Assembly (NCBI GenBank): GCA_026461395.1
Contig: JAPJNA010000061.1
Span: 3,787 to 67,786, forward strand
Length of the DNA: 64,000 nt
Direction: 5' to 3'
DNA from: Chthoniobacterales bacterium
GTDB lineage: Bacteria > Verrucomicrobiota > Verrucomicrobiia > Chthoniobacterales > UBA6821
The notes beneath the pieces are model-generated. The model was given only the letters and a program-made list of their open reading frames with translations. It searched no databases and had not been told where the DNA came from. The translations under genes were made by a program, and so were the position numbers. Below are positions 48,829 to 59,194 of this stretch, piece after piece (position 1 is the first letter of the stretch; each line of letters starts with the position of its first letter).

Positions 48829-49725
48829 TCAGCGCGACTTTGCTGCTGGCGCAAGAACAGGAAGCGCCGCCGGTCGAAGGGAAAATTTCAACGGGAGATA
48901 CCCGACCATTTCGCCATCGAGTTCATACGGGACAGGCTCTTCGGAAGAGAGCTCGAGAGAGGAAGTCTGGAAATACTCCACGTCCTTCAGTTCCGTATGC
49001 TGCCCCACCAGAATGGCATGCATGTAGCGGAGGAGATCCCAGGGACTCTGGCTTTGGAAAACGAGAACATCCAGCAGGCCATCCATCGGCGATCCCTGTC
49101 GGAACATTGTAAAAGGACCGCCGTAGAAGCGCCCATTCCCCAGCAAGACAAAGGATCCCGTCCTTAATGCCCCGTCATGGCTTTTGAGCGTTATGGGAGG
49201 TGGCTTTTGCCCTGCCACCTGCGCAAGCGAGAGAAGATAACTAAGGGGGCCGAGGGCCTTCTTTGATTCTCTCGTCGTTCGCCTCACCACCTCCGCGTCG
49301 AGTCCCACTCCGGCCAATTGGACAAAACAGCGCTCAACTCCCTCCGAGAAGCAGATTGGAAGATCGAGATAGCGAACCTCACCATTCATGATGATCTCCC
49401 AAGCCTTCTCCAGTGCATTCATCGGAATGCCAAGTTCGACAGCAAAAACATTCATGGTGCCGACGGGGAGAATGCCCAGCGTGACGTCCTTACCGCCCGC
49501 GCTCATAATGCCGTTCATTACTTCGTTGATGGTGCCATCTCCTCCAGCGGCGACAATCGTTGAGAAACCCTCTGCCACGGCATTCCTTGCAATCTGTTCC
49601 GCATCTCCCGGCATGGTGCTCAGACGCATTTCCACATCCCCGGAAATTTCACGGATTCGTTCGGGGAGACGCCCTGCCTTGTCGCTGTGGGCTGCTGGAT
49701 TAAGGATGATGAGGAGATTCTTCAC
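48829..49725 (-). CDS. YegS/BmrU-family lipid (diacylglycerol) kinase
   Basis: ILNPAAHS, AAGGDGTINEV, LGILPVGTMNVFA, DGEMV. Confidence 0.85.
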   Translation of the reverse strand: MKNLLIILNPAAHSDKAGRLPERIREISGDVEMRLSTMPGDAEQIARNAVAEGFSTIVAAGGDGTINEVMNGIMSAGGKDVTLGILPVGTMNVFAVELGIPMNALEKAWEIIMNGEVRYLDLPICFSEGVERCFVQLAGVGLDAEVVRRTTRESKKALGPLSYLLSLAQVAGQKPPPITLKSHDGALRTGSFVLLGNGRFYGGPFTMFRQGSPMDGLLDVLVFQSQSPWDLLRYMHAILVGQHTELKDVEYFQTSSLELSSEEPVPYELDGEMVGYLPLKFSLRPAALPVLAPAAKSR

Positions 49726-49761
49726 GCTTCACAATTGCTACAGGACACCTAAGTTGGTCGT

Positions 49762-51198
49762 GTGCGTTCGATTGCCAAGCCCTTTCTTTTCTTGGGAACA
49801 ATTCTTTTAGGGATTTTTTTGCTTCTGCTTCTTGCGGCGAACCTGACCCTGCAGCTCCCAGGAATCAAGGATCGGATACGCTCCACCCTAACCTCGTTCC
49901 TTGGCACTCCGATCTCCGTCGAGAGCTTCTTCCTGAATCCAGCGGGCGGCATCCGTCTCAGCAAGGTCACCGTAACCCCGACTGAACAGCTTGCCACGGC
50001 CTCCGCCGATTCGCTTACGATATATATCTCGTGGGCAGACCTGCTGAAGGGAAAGATCACACCGGAAGCCATCTCGCTGATACATCCGGTGGCCATCCTG
50101 AAACTCGGCTCAGGTAGCACACCAATCGCACCGAAACTTCCTGCTCTCACCAGCCAGACACTAATTACCACTCCTTCCGCGAGGGGGATCACCGTATCTT
50201 CCTCTCCTGCCGAACAACCCCAGCAGCCTCAGAGTAACAAATCAGATCTCCCTCCCAACCTTGCCTCGTTGCTATCTCGCCTCTCGATCCAGCACGGCGA
50301 ATTTTCCCTCCTTGATGAGGCTTCTCATCCGGTATTGCGTCTCAACGATCTGAACGCACATCAGAAAAAAGGGAAAATGAAAATCATGGCGACATCGGCC
50401 GTCATCAGCGACTCACTGATTGTCCACGATCTTGCAGCAAATGCAGAAGCCACATCAAAAACGAATGGAGCGACTCTTATGCTGGAAAATATCTCTGCAA
50501 TGATGGGAGACGGTCGCATCACCGGTGCTCTCCGATGCGAACTACCCCCAAGTTCACCCGACTATAACTGCTCCATCCAACTCTCTGGAGCCGGTCTGAG
50601 AAAATTACTTGGGGACGCCTCTCTCGGGTCACCCAATGCAGAAGGACAAATCGACGGGGATCTCATGTGTACAGGCACAGCTGGAATCGGAGCCACCATG
50701 ACAGGTAAGGGATCCCTCCGGTGTAAAGAAGCCGTGATCGAGCCCGTGGCCTTCCTGAAACAGATCGGCCAACTTCTCAATGTGGATGAACTGAAACTAC
50801 TGAAGCTCGCCGAGGGCCGTTGTCTTTTTCGTATCGATCAGGGACATGTCGTGATCGACGAACTTTTCCTGCGTTCGGCAAACCTAATCCTTGCCGCCAA
50901 GGGCCCCCTCCAGCCCTCCGGGGAGCTCAATCTCGACTCTCGACTACTCTTTAATGAAAAACTCACCGGACGCCTGCATGGCCTGCTGGGATCACAGCTG
51001 AGCCCGGCCCCTGAACCGGGTTATTCCCAAGTAACCTTCCATGTGTCAGGTCCAGCTTCCAATCCAAGGACGGATCTTATCGAGCGTCTTACCGGCATAC
51101 ATCTCGGCGGGAATCTGGGCGGACTAGGAGGCCTCCTTCAGGGTCTTTTCGGTAAACCTGCTCCCCAGGCACCGGCAATGCCTCAGCCGGCACACTAA
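49762..51198 (+). CDS. Hypothetical membrane-anchored periplasmic protein (possibly AsmA-like)
   Basis: GTG start, N-terminal TM (PFLFLGTILLGIFLLLLLAANL), Ser/Gly/Leu-rich beta-like remainder. AsmA-like is only an impression. Confidence 0.35.
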   Translation: MRSIAKPFLFLGTILLGIFLLLLLAANLTLQLPGIKDRIRSTLTSFLGTPISVESFFLNPAGGIRLSKVTVTPTEQLATASADSLTIYISWADLLKGKITPEAISLIHPVAILKLGSGSTPIAPKLPALTSQTLITTPSARGITVSSSPAEQPQQPQSNKSDLPPNLASLLSRLSIQHGEFSLLDEASHPVLRLNDLNAHQKKGKMKIMATSAVISDSLIVHDLAANAEATSKTNGATLMLENISAMMGDGRITGALRCELPPSSPDYNCSIQLSGAGLRKLLGDASLGSPNAEGQIDGDLMCTGTAGIGATMTGKGSLRCKEAVIEPVAFLKQIGQLLNVDELKLLKLAEGRCLFRIDQGHVVIDELFLRSANLILAAKGPLQPSGELNLDSRLLFNEKLTGRLHGLLGSQLSPAPEPGYSQVTFHVSGPASNPRTDLIERLTGIHLGGNLGGLGGLLQGLFGKPAPQAPAMPQPAH

Positions 51199-51207
51199 GA
51201 ATCAGGC

Positions 51208-51804
51208 ATGCGTGTGATTGCAGGCTCGGCCGGAGGACTCTCTCTTCAGCCACCGGATAAAAATACCAGACCAACAATGGATCGGGTGCGTGGAGCTATC
51301 TTCTCCTCACTGGGTGAACGCGTTCCCGAGGCTCGTGTTCTTGATCTCTTTGCCGGAAGCGGTGCCCTAGGTATCGAGGCGCTGAGCAGGGGAGCTGCCT
51401 CAGCAACCTTTGTGGAACATCTAGGACCGACGGCAGGCCTGATCCGAAAGAATCTCCAATCAACCCGACTCGATCGACTTCCTACAACCGTTCAGCAGAT
51501 GGATGCCTTTCGTTTCCTGGATCTCTATGTTGAGGAAGAAGGATTCGACCTGATCTTTGCCGATCCTCCTTATCTTAAGGATACAAGACCTTCGGCCGGA
51601 GATGTAACCAATCTGGCCGATAACCTGCTTAGTCATCCGAATATGCCAAAGGCACTTGGTGTCGAAGGACTCCTCATCCTCGAATGCGAACGCAGGCAGC
51701 CCCTTCCCTCACTCACCCCCTCCACTTCTTCAATACCGTGGGAGATCCTTTCCGATCGGAATTACGGCGAGTCCCGCATCCTGATCCTTCGCCGAGCATC
51801 ATGA
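51208..51804 (+). CDS. rsmD: 16S rRNA (guanine966-N2)-methyltransferase RsmD
   Basis: MRVIAGSAGG, RPTMDRVRGAIFS, LDLFAGSGALGIEALSRGA, FADPPY. Confidence 0.88.
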   Translation: MRVIAGSAGGLSLQPPDKNTRPTMDRVRGAIFSSLGERVPEARVLDLFAGSGALGIEALSRGAASATFVEHLGPTAGLIRKNLQSTRLDRLPTTVQQMDAFRFLDLYVEEEGFDLIFADPPYLKDTRPSAGDVTNLADNLLSHPNMPKALGVEGLLILECERRQPLPSLTPSTSSIPWEILSDRNYGESRILILRRAS

Positions 51805-53099
51805 GAAGGGTTACCATCTTCTTCTACAATCTACTTTTTATTCCGATCCTGCTGATTCTTCTGCCTTGTTATCTCGTGCGCATCCGGAAACGGGGTGGGT
51901 ATGGGAATAAGGCGCTCCAGCGCTTTGGTATCTTTGATAGGATAACTACGGCGCGGATCGGTCAGCAAAGAATCTGGATCCATGCCGTGAGCGTGGGAGA
52001 GGTCGGCATCGCACTGAAATTCGCCTCAAAGTTTCACCACCGGAATCCGGAATCACGCTTCCTCATTAGCACCACGACCTCCACAGGGCTCGCGATCCTT
52101 GAGCGATCCGCTTCCGACTGGCTGGAGCCGGTTGCCAATCCCATTGATTTCCCCTTTATCACCTCCCGCTTGATCCGGCATCTACGTCCCTCGGCATTCC
52201 TCATGGTGGAAGCCGATCTTTGGCCCAACCGTATCGCCGCCTGCAAATCCCTCGGCATACCCGTCGCCCTTCTTAATGCTCGTCTCTCATCCCGCTCAGA
52301 AAAACGCTTCCGAATGGCTCAGTCCTTCACGGCTCCTTTTTTCAACCAACTCGACCTGATCACGCTGACTGATCCTGCGGATGAAGCGCGATGGATCTCG
52401 CTGGGGGTAAAGCCTGCTCTGCTACACCTGACGGGCAATATCAAACATGACTCCTCTGATTGTCCCGCTGATTCGCGAGGTGGGGATTTCATTCTTGATT
52501 CGATCTTTCTAGCCGCCAGTACCCATCAGGGAGAGGAGCAGGAAATTGCCACAGCTTGGCTGACCATAAAAAAAGAATTCCCAAACCTACGTTTGGTCAT
52601 CACTCCGCGCCATGTCGAACGCCGAGAAGAGATCCGCAGCACGTTAAAAAAACTCGAAATTCCATGCCGCCTTCGTTCTGAAGGCGGCGATCTTTCTGAG
52701 GATCCTCTGCTGCTCGACACCACCGGAGAACTGAGCTCCTGGTATCCCAGATCCACGATCGTGTTCGTCGGCAAGAGCCTTACCTGCTCGGTTAATCGCG
52801 GGGGTCAGAACATGATCGAACCTCTGCAGGCCGGTGCTCCCGTGCTGATCGGCGCACATACCGGCAACTTCGAACCGCTCGCCACACAACTCTGCGAAGC
52901 GGGCGCCGCAATCCGCGTGAACGACCAACAGGACATAATCGACTCGGTCCGATCGCTGCTGGGCAACGCAGAAAAAAGGACGACCATGATCGCCGCCTCG
53001 AGCACCATCCTTGCCCCTCACCAAGGGGCCACTGTAAAAAACTGCGAACTTGTGGAAAAACTTCTCCTCCGCCTTCAGTCCTCCGCATTTAGCCTTTAG
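51801..53099 (+). CDS. waaA: 3-deoxy-D-manno-octulosonic acid transferase
   Basis: Start trimmed to ATG 51801, overlapping the rsmD stop (ATGA). IWIHAVSVGE, TTTSTG, PRHVERREE, GGQNMIEP. Confidence 0.85.
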   Translation: MRRVTIFFYNLLFIPILLILLPCYLVRIRKRGGYGNKALQRFGIFDRITTARIGQQRIWIHAVSVGEVGIALKFASKFHHRNPESRFLISTTTSTGLAILERSASDWLEPVANPIDFPFITSRLIRHLRPSAFLMVEADLWPNRIAACKSLGIPVALLNARLSSRSEKRFRMAQSFTAPFFNQLDLITLTDPADEARWISLGVKPALLHLTGNIKHDSSDCPADSRGGDFILDSIFLAASTHQGEEQEIATAWLTIKKEFPNLRLVITPRHVERREEIRSTLKKLEIPCRLRSEGGDLSEDPLLLDTTGELSSWYPRSTIVFVGKSLTCSVNRGGQNMIEPLQAGAPVLIGAHTGNFEPLATQLCEAGAAIRVNDQQDIIDSVRSLLGNAEKRTTMIAASSTILAPHQGATVKNCELVEKLLLRLQSSAFSL

Positions 53100-53108
53100 C
53101 CTTTTTTT

Positions 53109-55505
53109 CTACTCCTCGCTGCCCTCCCAAAAGAGGCGAGCCGCCCCCGACCAGTCCCTCTCTGCAACCCTTGCCCTCGAGGCTTTGCCCATCCTCTTGC
53201 GAAGCTCTTCATTTTCAGCCAGTTGGCGTACTGCGTTTGTCAGGGCATCGAGATCGAGCCCCTTGGTGATTCTTCCATCCACTCCATCCTCGACAAGATC
53301 CTTCGGTCCGCCGACATCGGAGACGATCACGGGCAATCCACTGGCCTGAGCCTCGATAACCACATTCCCGAAGGTGTCGGTCGTACTGGGGAAAACAAAG
53401 AAATCGGCCGAGGCATAGGCGCTTGCAAGCTCCTCCTTGTGAAGGCTTCCGGTGTAGATTCCCTCCGGCAACAGTTCCTTCATCATTGCCGCATAGGGGC
53501 CGTCGCCGACGATCAGCGGACGGACCTTTACCCCAGCAGCCAGTAGACGTCGGAACGACGCGGCATAGAGATCGAGATTTTTCTCACGCGATACCCTGCC
53601 GACATAGAGGGCTCCCACCTCACCGTCACCGAGGCCACGTTTTTTCCAGAAATCAGATTTTCTTTTCTCGGGATGAAAGAGCCCCGTATCCAGACCGCGC
53701 GGCAGAATCTTGATTTTCTCAGGAGAAATCCCCCTGTCGATCCAGCACTGACGGTAATGGTCGGAATTCACATAGATAATGTCGAGCTGGGCATAGAACC
53801 AGTGCATATAGTTCCAGGTCAGTGATTCCATCAGGCCATCCTCAGTCAAGATGCGGACATACTCGGGGAAATCCGTGTGGTAGATACCCGCCGTTGGTAA
53901 CCCTAATACGCGAGCGGCAGCTAGCGCGGCAAGTCCCACGGGACCCGGAGTGCTAATGATCACCTCGGTGAAGTTCTGCGTTTGCAGATGATCGATGATC
54001 TGAAGCAAAGGCGGGAAGCTCAGCTTCTGAAGTTCATACTCAGGCAACTCGAATTCCCCAATGGGTGGGAAGTTCTTGAGCGGAATTCCCGGGACGGAAA
54101 CCTCGTTACGGGAAACCATCACCTCGATTTCCTTGTTATTGGCAATCAGGGCGCTGCTCATCCGCTGGATCGTCGTGGAAACGCCGTTCACGTCATCCAG
54201 TGTGTCTGTGAACCAGGCGCGGCGGGCATTGCGAAGTTCGGGCGGGATACTGCCGCGCATCACGAGGGAGGCATCACGGAGACGGGCTCTGGCAGGTGTC
54301 CGGAAGGCGTAGAGATACGGACTCAGCAGGGCGACCAGCGGGACCACCGGGCCGACCATCTGAATACTTTCGAGAAAGCGACCCTCCAGGAGCTGTTGCA
54401 GGAACTGAAGCGTCAGCCTGTAAGCAAGCCGGCTTGCCATCATGTTCGCCATGAGGAAGGCCCTCCGGCTGGGATCTTTTACCCCTTCAAGTTCCTTGCC
54501 GAGTTCGGCACGCATGGCGGGTTCATGAAGGGCACTGGAAAGCTCTTTCCAGAGAGAGCGCGGCCCCGGATTCGCAAGCTCGAAGATCTTGCCGCTGGCA
54601 ATCCCTTGGGCCAGGAAGGCGAATTTCTCCCCAGCAGTGAAGGTTGTCGGATCACGTCCCTCCATGAACCGTGCGAAAGCCTTCTCAAGCAGACGAATCG
54701 TCGGCGAAGCCGCATGGCCGGCGAGACGCTCCTTGGCGTAGGAAAAAGCGACCTGGTAGGTATCGAGTGCGGCTCGTAGCGGTGTTCCTGTGATCCCTCG
54801 CGGCTCACTGCGGCCCTCGCGGAGATGAGCAAGGAGTTGTGCGATGTCACGAACCGGTGGAGTCTCCGTGTGAGCCGAGGCGGGGATCGTTGCTCCATGG
54901 TCATCGGATCCACCGAACCAGCCCTTCTTCCAGGACTCCTCATGGGTCGGCTGAAGACCCGTCATGGCGCTGAAGCGCTCGATATCTGAAACTTCAAGCG
55001 AGAACAGATACCGAGTCATCGTCGAGAGCAGACCTATTTCCCCGCCATTGATCCCCTCGAAATTACGGAAAAGCAGCGCCAGGCGCATCAGGTGAATGGG
55101 GCGCAGTTTGCCCTCTAGTCCATGCAGGCATCCGGCGACGCCGTGGGCGATGCCTTGAGCAGCCAGATACTGCTGAAGTTCATAGATGTTTGCCTTGAGA
55201 CCCTGGATCTCCTTGTGCTGGCTCTCCGTGATACCCCAGACCAAGATCGACACACGGATTCCATCTTCCGGAAACACGGCCGTTACCGATTCGCTAATAA
55301 AGACCCTTGGCAGGTGCCCGACTTCCAAACAACCGTCGATCGAGTCATCATCGGTAAAAGTAAAGAAATCCATTCCGGCGAGTCGTAGCTTCTCAAGCAG
55401 TAGCTTCGGATCGGAAACACTGGCAGGCACGTTCAACCGACGGAAAAGCCATTCCGGAGAGCGGAGGCTGTGACGGGTATGAAGATGGAGGTCGACGAGG
55501 GCCAT
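53109..55505 (-). CDS. Fusion protein: N-terminal PHP-type phosphoesterase motif, about 380-aa unassigned region, C-terminal GT4 (GT-B) glycosyltransferase
   Basis: ALVDLHLHTRHS...FTFTDDDSIDG at the N-terminus. C-terminus has IISTPGPVGLAA, YVGRVSREKNLD, FPSTTDTFGNVVIEAQASGLPVIVSDVGGPKDLVEDG. Confidence 0.65.
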   Translation of the reverse strand: MALVDLHLHTRHSLRSPEWLFRRLNVPASVSDPKLLLEKLRLAGMDFFTFTDDDSIDGCLEVGHLPRVFISESVTAVFPEDGIRVSILVWGITESQHKEIQGLKANIYELQQYLAAQGIAHGVAGCLHGLEGKLRPIHLMRLALLFRNFEGINGGEIGLLSTMTRYLFSLEVSDIERFSAMTGLQPTHEESWKKGWFGGSDDHGATIPASAHTETPPVRDIAQLLAHLREGRSEPRGITGTPLRAALDTYQVAFSYAKERLAGHAASPTIRLLEKAFARFMEGRDPTTFTAGEKFAFLAQGIASGKIFELANPGPRSLWKELSSALHEPAMRAELGKELEGVKDPSRRAFLMANMMASRLAYRLTLQFLQQLLEGRFLESIQMVGPVVPLVALLSPYLYAFRTPARARLRDASLVMRGSIPPELRNARRAWFTDTLDDVNGVSTTIQRMSSALIANNKEIEVMVSRNEVSVPGIPLKNFPPIGEFELPEYELQKLSFPPLLQIIDHLQTQNFTEVIISTPGPVGLAALAAARVLGLPTAGIYHTDFPEYVRILTEDGLMESLTWNYMHWFYAQLDIIYVNSDHYRQCWIDRGISPEKIKILPRGLDTGLFHPEKRKSDFWKKRGLGDGEVGALYVGRVSREKNLDLYAASFRRLLAAGVKVRPLIVGDGPYAAMMKELLPEGIYTGSLHKEELASAYASADFFVFPSTTDTFGNVVIEAQASGLPVIVSDVGGPKDLVEDGVDGRITKGLDLDALTNAVRQLAENEELRKRMGKASRARVAERDWSGAARLFWEGSEE

Positions 55506-55526
55506 GGGATTTATACAGCGCTTCCT

Positions 55527-56348
55527 TTAATGTCCGCTACTGCGCCATTGGTCGAGCCATCTTGCGTAAGTAGTGACCCGGCGTTTCTCGACAGCCCTAC
55601 AGATACAGGCAAGCGCATGGTCGCGGATCGACTGATGGTCCCAGTCGGGAGGATGAAGTCCGATCCGAAGCAAGGGTGCAGACTTTAGACGCTTAGCGAG
55701 GAACTCATTCCAGAGAAGACTGACTCCTCGGCGCCACGGAGCCCTCACGCTGTAGACCATGCTTCGGGCGTGGAATGATCGTCTTTCTTTGCAGTCAATC
55801 ACCTCACCGATCCGGGTGGTGTAGTCGAACCCCATCTCCCTGACCGTCACCTCGGCCTCGTTCCCAAGTAGCCAGGCCGGCGCAATGAATCCCGTGGGAG
55901 TGATGCCACATGCCGCAAGCGCCTCTTTGCCCTGGATTAGCAACGCAGTGGCCTCTTCCCGCGTCAGATCATGGAACTCCCCCTCCCCTGCGGTATAGGA
56001 TCGGGTGATTATCTTCGTTACCAGGCCCTCTCCCTGTTTTGTCGGCCTCAGATGATAAAATCCATGCAGTACTGCCTCGTGTTTGCACTCCTGTCCTTGC
56101 CCTGTGACATCCCGTAGCCACTCTGAGAACTCCGGATCGGAATCAATCCTTCCCTTGTGATGATGGTCCGGGATCACAAGCAGGGAAGTCACAGACACTC
56201 CCACAGCCTTAAGATCCTTAAGCATCCCGACAACCCGTTCCCAGGTCACGGTAGAGACATCGTGAATTGAAACCACCAATGATGGATCCAATTTTTCCTT
56301 CATGGTTAAAGCAAGCCAATCAGCCGGTGTGAGGTGTTCAGTTTGCAT
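55527..56348 (-). CDS. DUF2334 / polysaccharide-deacetylase-like protein
   Basis: LVVSIHDVS, LLVIPDHHH, VLHGFYH, GEGEFHDLTREEA, GFIAPAWL. Ends 21 nt upstream of the PHP-GT4 gene. Confidence 0.6.
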   Translation of the reverse strand: MQTEHLTPADWLALTMKEKLDPSLVVSIHDVSTVTWERVVGMLKDLKAVGVSVTSLLVIPDHHHKGRIDSDPEFSEWLRDVTGQGQECKHEAVLHGFYHLRPTKQGEGLVTKIITRSYTAGEGEFHDLTREEATALLIQGKEALAACGITPTGFIAPAWLLGNEAEVTVREMGFDYTTRIGEVIDCKERRSFHARSMVYSVRAPWRRGVSLLWNEFLAKRLKSAPLLRIGLHPPDWDHQSIRDHALACICRAVEKRRVTTYARWLDQWRSSGH

Positions 56349-56392
56349 TGGCCGCAGGGTGTGTTATCTGATGTAGTCAATAGCTTCACGCA

Positions 56393-58456
56393 ATGCCAGA
56401 CGAGACACCCGATTCCCCAAACAGCAATTCCTCCAAGCCAAAGCGCCCCCCCGGCGCTCCAGAGCCTCAATTCAACTGGCGCGGTCTGCTCCTATTCGCG
56501 ATTGCTTTCGCCCTCATCGGCGGTGCCTTCCTGTTCCGGGGCACCAGCATGGTCGCGACGGATGAGATCACCCTGCCGAAATTCGAAAGCCTACTCAAGG
56601 AGGGTAAGATCATCTCCACCCAAGATAAGCCGATGGAGCTGGTCATCGAGGAGGGGCGCAATACCCAGTACCTCTCCGGCTATTATCGGAAAAAAGCAGT
56701 TCCTCCAGCCACCGAGGAAATCCCGACCCCTTTCAAGACCTCAGTCTACATGCCCTTCAACGGCACGACCCTGGAGAAGGAACTCGCAGCAGCTGGCATC
56801 ACTCCGGACGTCCGTCCAGAATCGAACATGCTGGCCTCGACCATCCTGAATATCCTGCCTATTGCCCTCTTCCTCGTCGTCCTCTACTTCTTTTTCAGGT
56901 CTCAGATCAAGATGGCAGGTCGCGGCGCCATGAACTTCGGCAAGAGCAAGGCCAAGATGCTCGCCAAGGAGAAGAATAAGATCACCTTTAAGGACGTCGC
57001 CGGTGTTGAAGAGGCAAAGGACGAGGTTCAGGAGCTTGTGGAATTCCTCAAAGATCCCAAGAAATTCCAAAAACTGGGCGGTCGCATCCCTAAGGGTGTC
57101 CTCATGATCGGTGCACCCGGCACTGGCAAAACTCTGCTAGCCCGAGCCATTGCCGGCGAAGCCGATGTCCCCTTCTTCAACATCAGCGGTTCGGACTTTG
57201 TCGAAATGTTTGTCGGTGTCGGAGCCTCGCGCGTCCGTGACATGTTCGAGCAGGGGCGTAAGAATGCCCCCTGCCTCATCTTCATCGATGAGATCGACGC
57301 CGTCGGCCGTCACCGCGGCCATGGAGTCGGCGGCGGACATGATGAGCGCGAGCAAACCCTCAACCAGCTCCTGGTCGAGATGGACGGATTCGACGCGCAG
57401 GATGGCGTCATCATCATCGCCGCCACCAACCGCCCCGATGTCCTTGATCCAGCCTTGCTGCGTCCGGGCCGCTTCGATCGTCAGGTCACCGTAAGCCTCC
57501 CCGACGTGAAGGGCCGTGAGGAGATCCTTCGCGTCCATGCAAAGAAGGTGAAACTCTCCGAATCTGTGGACCTCAGCCTGATTGCTAGAGGCACCCCCGG
57601 TTACTCCGGCGCGGAACTCGCGAATGTCCTCAATGAAGCAGCCCTCATGGCTGCCCGTAAGGGGCAGGCATCGATCGAACAGCCCGATCTCGAAGAGGCA
57701 CGTGACAAGGTTCGCTGGGGCAAGGAGCGTCGCAGCATGGCAATGAGTGAGCAGGAAAAAACCTCTACCGCCTGGCATGAGGCAGGCCATGCCCTGCTCA
57801 ATGTGGTGATCGACCATACCCACCCGCTTCACAAGGTCACCATCATCCCGCGTGGACAGTACCTTGGAGCCACCATGTATCTTCCCGAGGGTGACAAGTA
57901 CTCGACGCAACGTAAGGAGGCCCTCGCCATGTTGATCATGACCATGGGTGGACGCATCGCGGAAGAGATGTTCACCGGGGATGTTTCCAACGGTGCTGCC
58001 GGCGACATCGCCCAGGCAACGAAACTCGCACGTCGCATGGTCTGCGAGTGGGGCATGAGCAACCTTGGCATGATCCGCTTCAGTGATGAAAATGAACTTG
58101 TCTTCATGGGGCGTGACGCAGGACGCTCGCGCGAATACAGCGAATCCACAGCCCAGCAGATCGACAGCGAGGTCAAGCGCCTCATCGACGACGCCTACCG
58201 TCAAGCCACCGAGGTACTTGAGGCCCAGAAAGAGAAGGTTAAGCTGATCGCTCATGCCCTGTTGGAATTCGAAACCCTCGAGGGATCACAGGTTCAGGAT
58301 TTGATCGATCTCGGCTACATGCGCAATCCGCCCGTGATCGCCCAGAAACCGCCTCCGCTCCCTCCTCCACCTTCGAATACCCCCTCCGCTGAGGTAACCA
58401 AACCGATCGAGCCTGACTATCCGACGGGTGGCTTGGCGGCCCCGGTTCCGGCTTGA
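56393..58456 (+). CDS. ftsH: ATP-dependent zinc metalloprotease FtsH
   Basis: Two TM helices, Walker [21 protein letters not shown]-type Walker B ([12 protein letters not shown]), [23 protein letters not shown], zinc motif HEAGHAL. Confidence 0.97.
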   Translation: MPDETPDSPNSNSSKPKRPPGAPEPQFNWRGLLLFAIAFALIGGAFLFRGTSMVATDEITLPKFESLLKEGKIISTQDKPMELVIEEGRNTQYLSGYYRKKAVPPATEEIPTPFKTSVYMPFNGTTLEKELAAAGITPDVRPESNMLASTILNILPIALFLVVLYFFFRSQIKMAGRGAMNFGKSKAKMLAKEKNKITFKDVAGVEEAKDEVQELVEFLKDPKKFQKLGGRIPKGVLMIGAPGTGKTLLARAIAGEADVPFFNISGSDFVEMFVGVGASRVRDMFEQGRKNAPCLIFIDEIDAVGRHRGHGVGGGHDEREQTLNQLLVEMDGFDAQDGVIIIAATNRPDVLDPALLRPGRFDRQVTVSLPDVKGREEILRVHAKKVKLSESVDLSLIARGTPGYSGAELANVLNEAALMAARKGQASIEQPDLEEARDKVRWGKERRSMAMSEQEKTSTAWHEAGHALLNVVIDHTHPLHKVTIIPRGQYLGATMYLPEGDKYSTQRKEALAMLIMTMGGRIAEEMFTGDVSNGAAGDIAQATKLARRMVCEWGMSNLGMIRFSDENELVFMGRDAGRSREYSESTAQQIDSEVKRLIDDAYRQATEVLEAQKEKVKLIAHALLEFETLEGSQVQDLIDLGYMRNPPVIAQKPPPLPPPPSNTPSAEVTKPIEPDYPTGGLAAPVPA

Positions 58457-58488
58457 AATTACCTCCTCTCCTCAGCAGGTACAGTCGC

Positions 58489-59094
58489 ATGAAACGCCAT
58501 CTTCCTCTCCTGCTGCTCGTGGGTCTCTTCGGATCCGCAGTTACCGCGACAGCCCACACCTCACAGTTCCATTCTCAGGATATGGCGGGAGCGTCCTGGG
58601 CCGGTTTCCTTCATCCTCTGACCGGGCTTGATCATCTTCTTGTCATGGTGGTCGTGGGCCTCTGGGCCGTTCAGATCGGCGGTCGCGCCCTTTGGCTTCT
58701 GCCCTCCTCCTTTGTCGGCTCCATGATGATTGGAGGCGCCATGGGCCTGGGCCTCTGCGGAGTCCATCAAACTTTTGTCGAGCATGGCATCCTCGCTTCT
58801 ATTGTCATGCTCGGTGCAGCCCTCGGCATGGCGTGGAGGCCCTCCCTGCTGATTTCCTCGCTCTGCGTCGGTGCAGCAGGAATCTGTCATGGTTATGCCC
58901 ATGGGTCGGAGATGCCATCGGGAGCACTTCCTATCATGTTCTTTGTTGGCATAGTAATCGCCACATCATTGCTCCATGCATGCGGCGTGGGCGGAGGATT
59001 TCTCTTTCGAAATCAAAAATTCGCGATACTGATGCGGACGGCTGGACTCTTCCTCATCGCTTTTGCGGTCTACGACTTCTATTTTCCGGTTTAA
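58489..59094 (+). CDS. HupE/UreJ-family metal (Ni/Co-type) transporter
   Basis: Start at ATG 58489 (MKRHLPLLLLVGLFGSAVTATA signal). Mature HTSQFH, GFLHPLTGLDHLLVMVVVGLWA, GYAHGSE. Confidence 0.75.
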   Translation: MKRHLPLLLLVGLFGSAVTATAHTSQFHSQDMAGASWAGFLHPLTGLDHLLVMVVVGLWAVQIGGRALWLLPSSFVGSMMIGGAMGLGLCGVHQTFVEHGILASIVMLGAALGMAWRPSLLISSLCVGAAGICHGYAHGSEMPSGALPIMFFVGIVIATSLLHACGVGGGFLFRNQKFAILMRTAGLFLIAFAVYDFYFPV

Positions 59095-59194
59095 TATCGG
59101 AATCTAACCGAGTCATCACGGGACACCTCGGTTCATTACAGGACTGTACGGACTTTCCCTTTCGGGGAGGTATCCGTAAAGTTAGACTTCACTT

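Noticed and set aside
59106-59133. A hairpin AACCGAG...CTCGGTT in the 100-nt gap after the HupE-like gene, considered as a metal riboswitch.
   Set aside because: A 7-bp stem with a 14-nt loop and no resemblance to riboswitch cores I know (cobalamin, NiCo, Mn yybP). More likely a weak terminator or processing hairpin.
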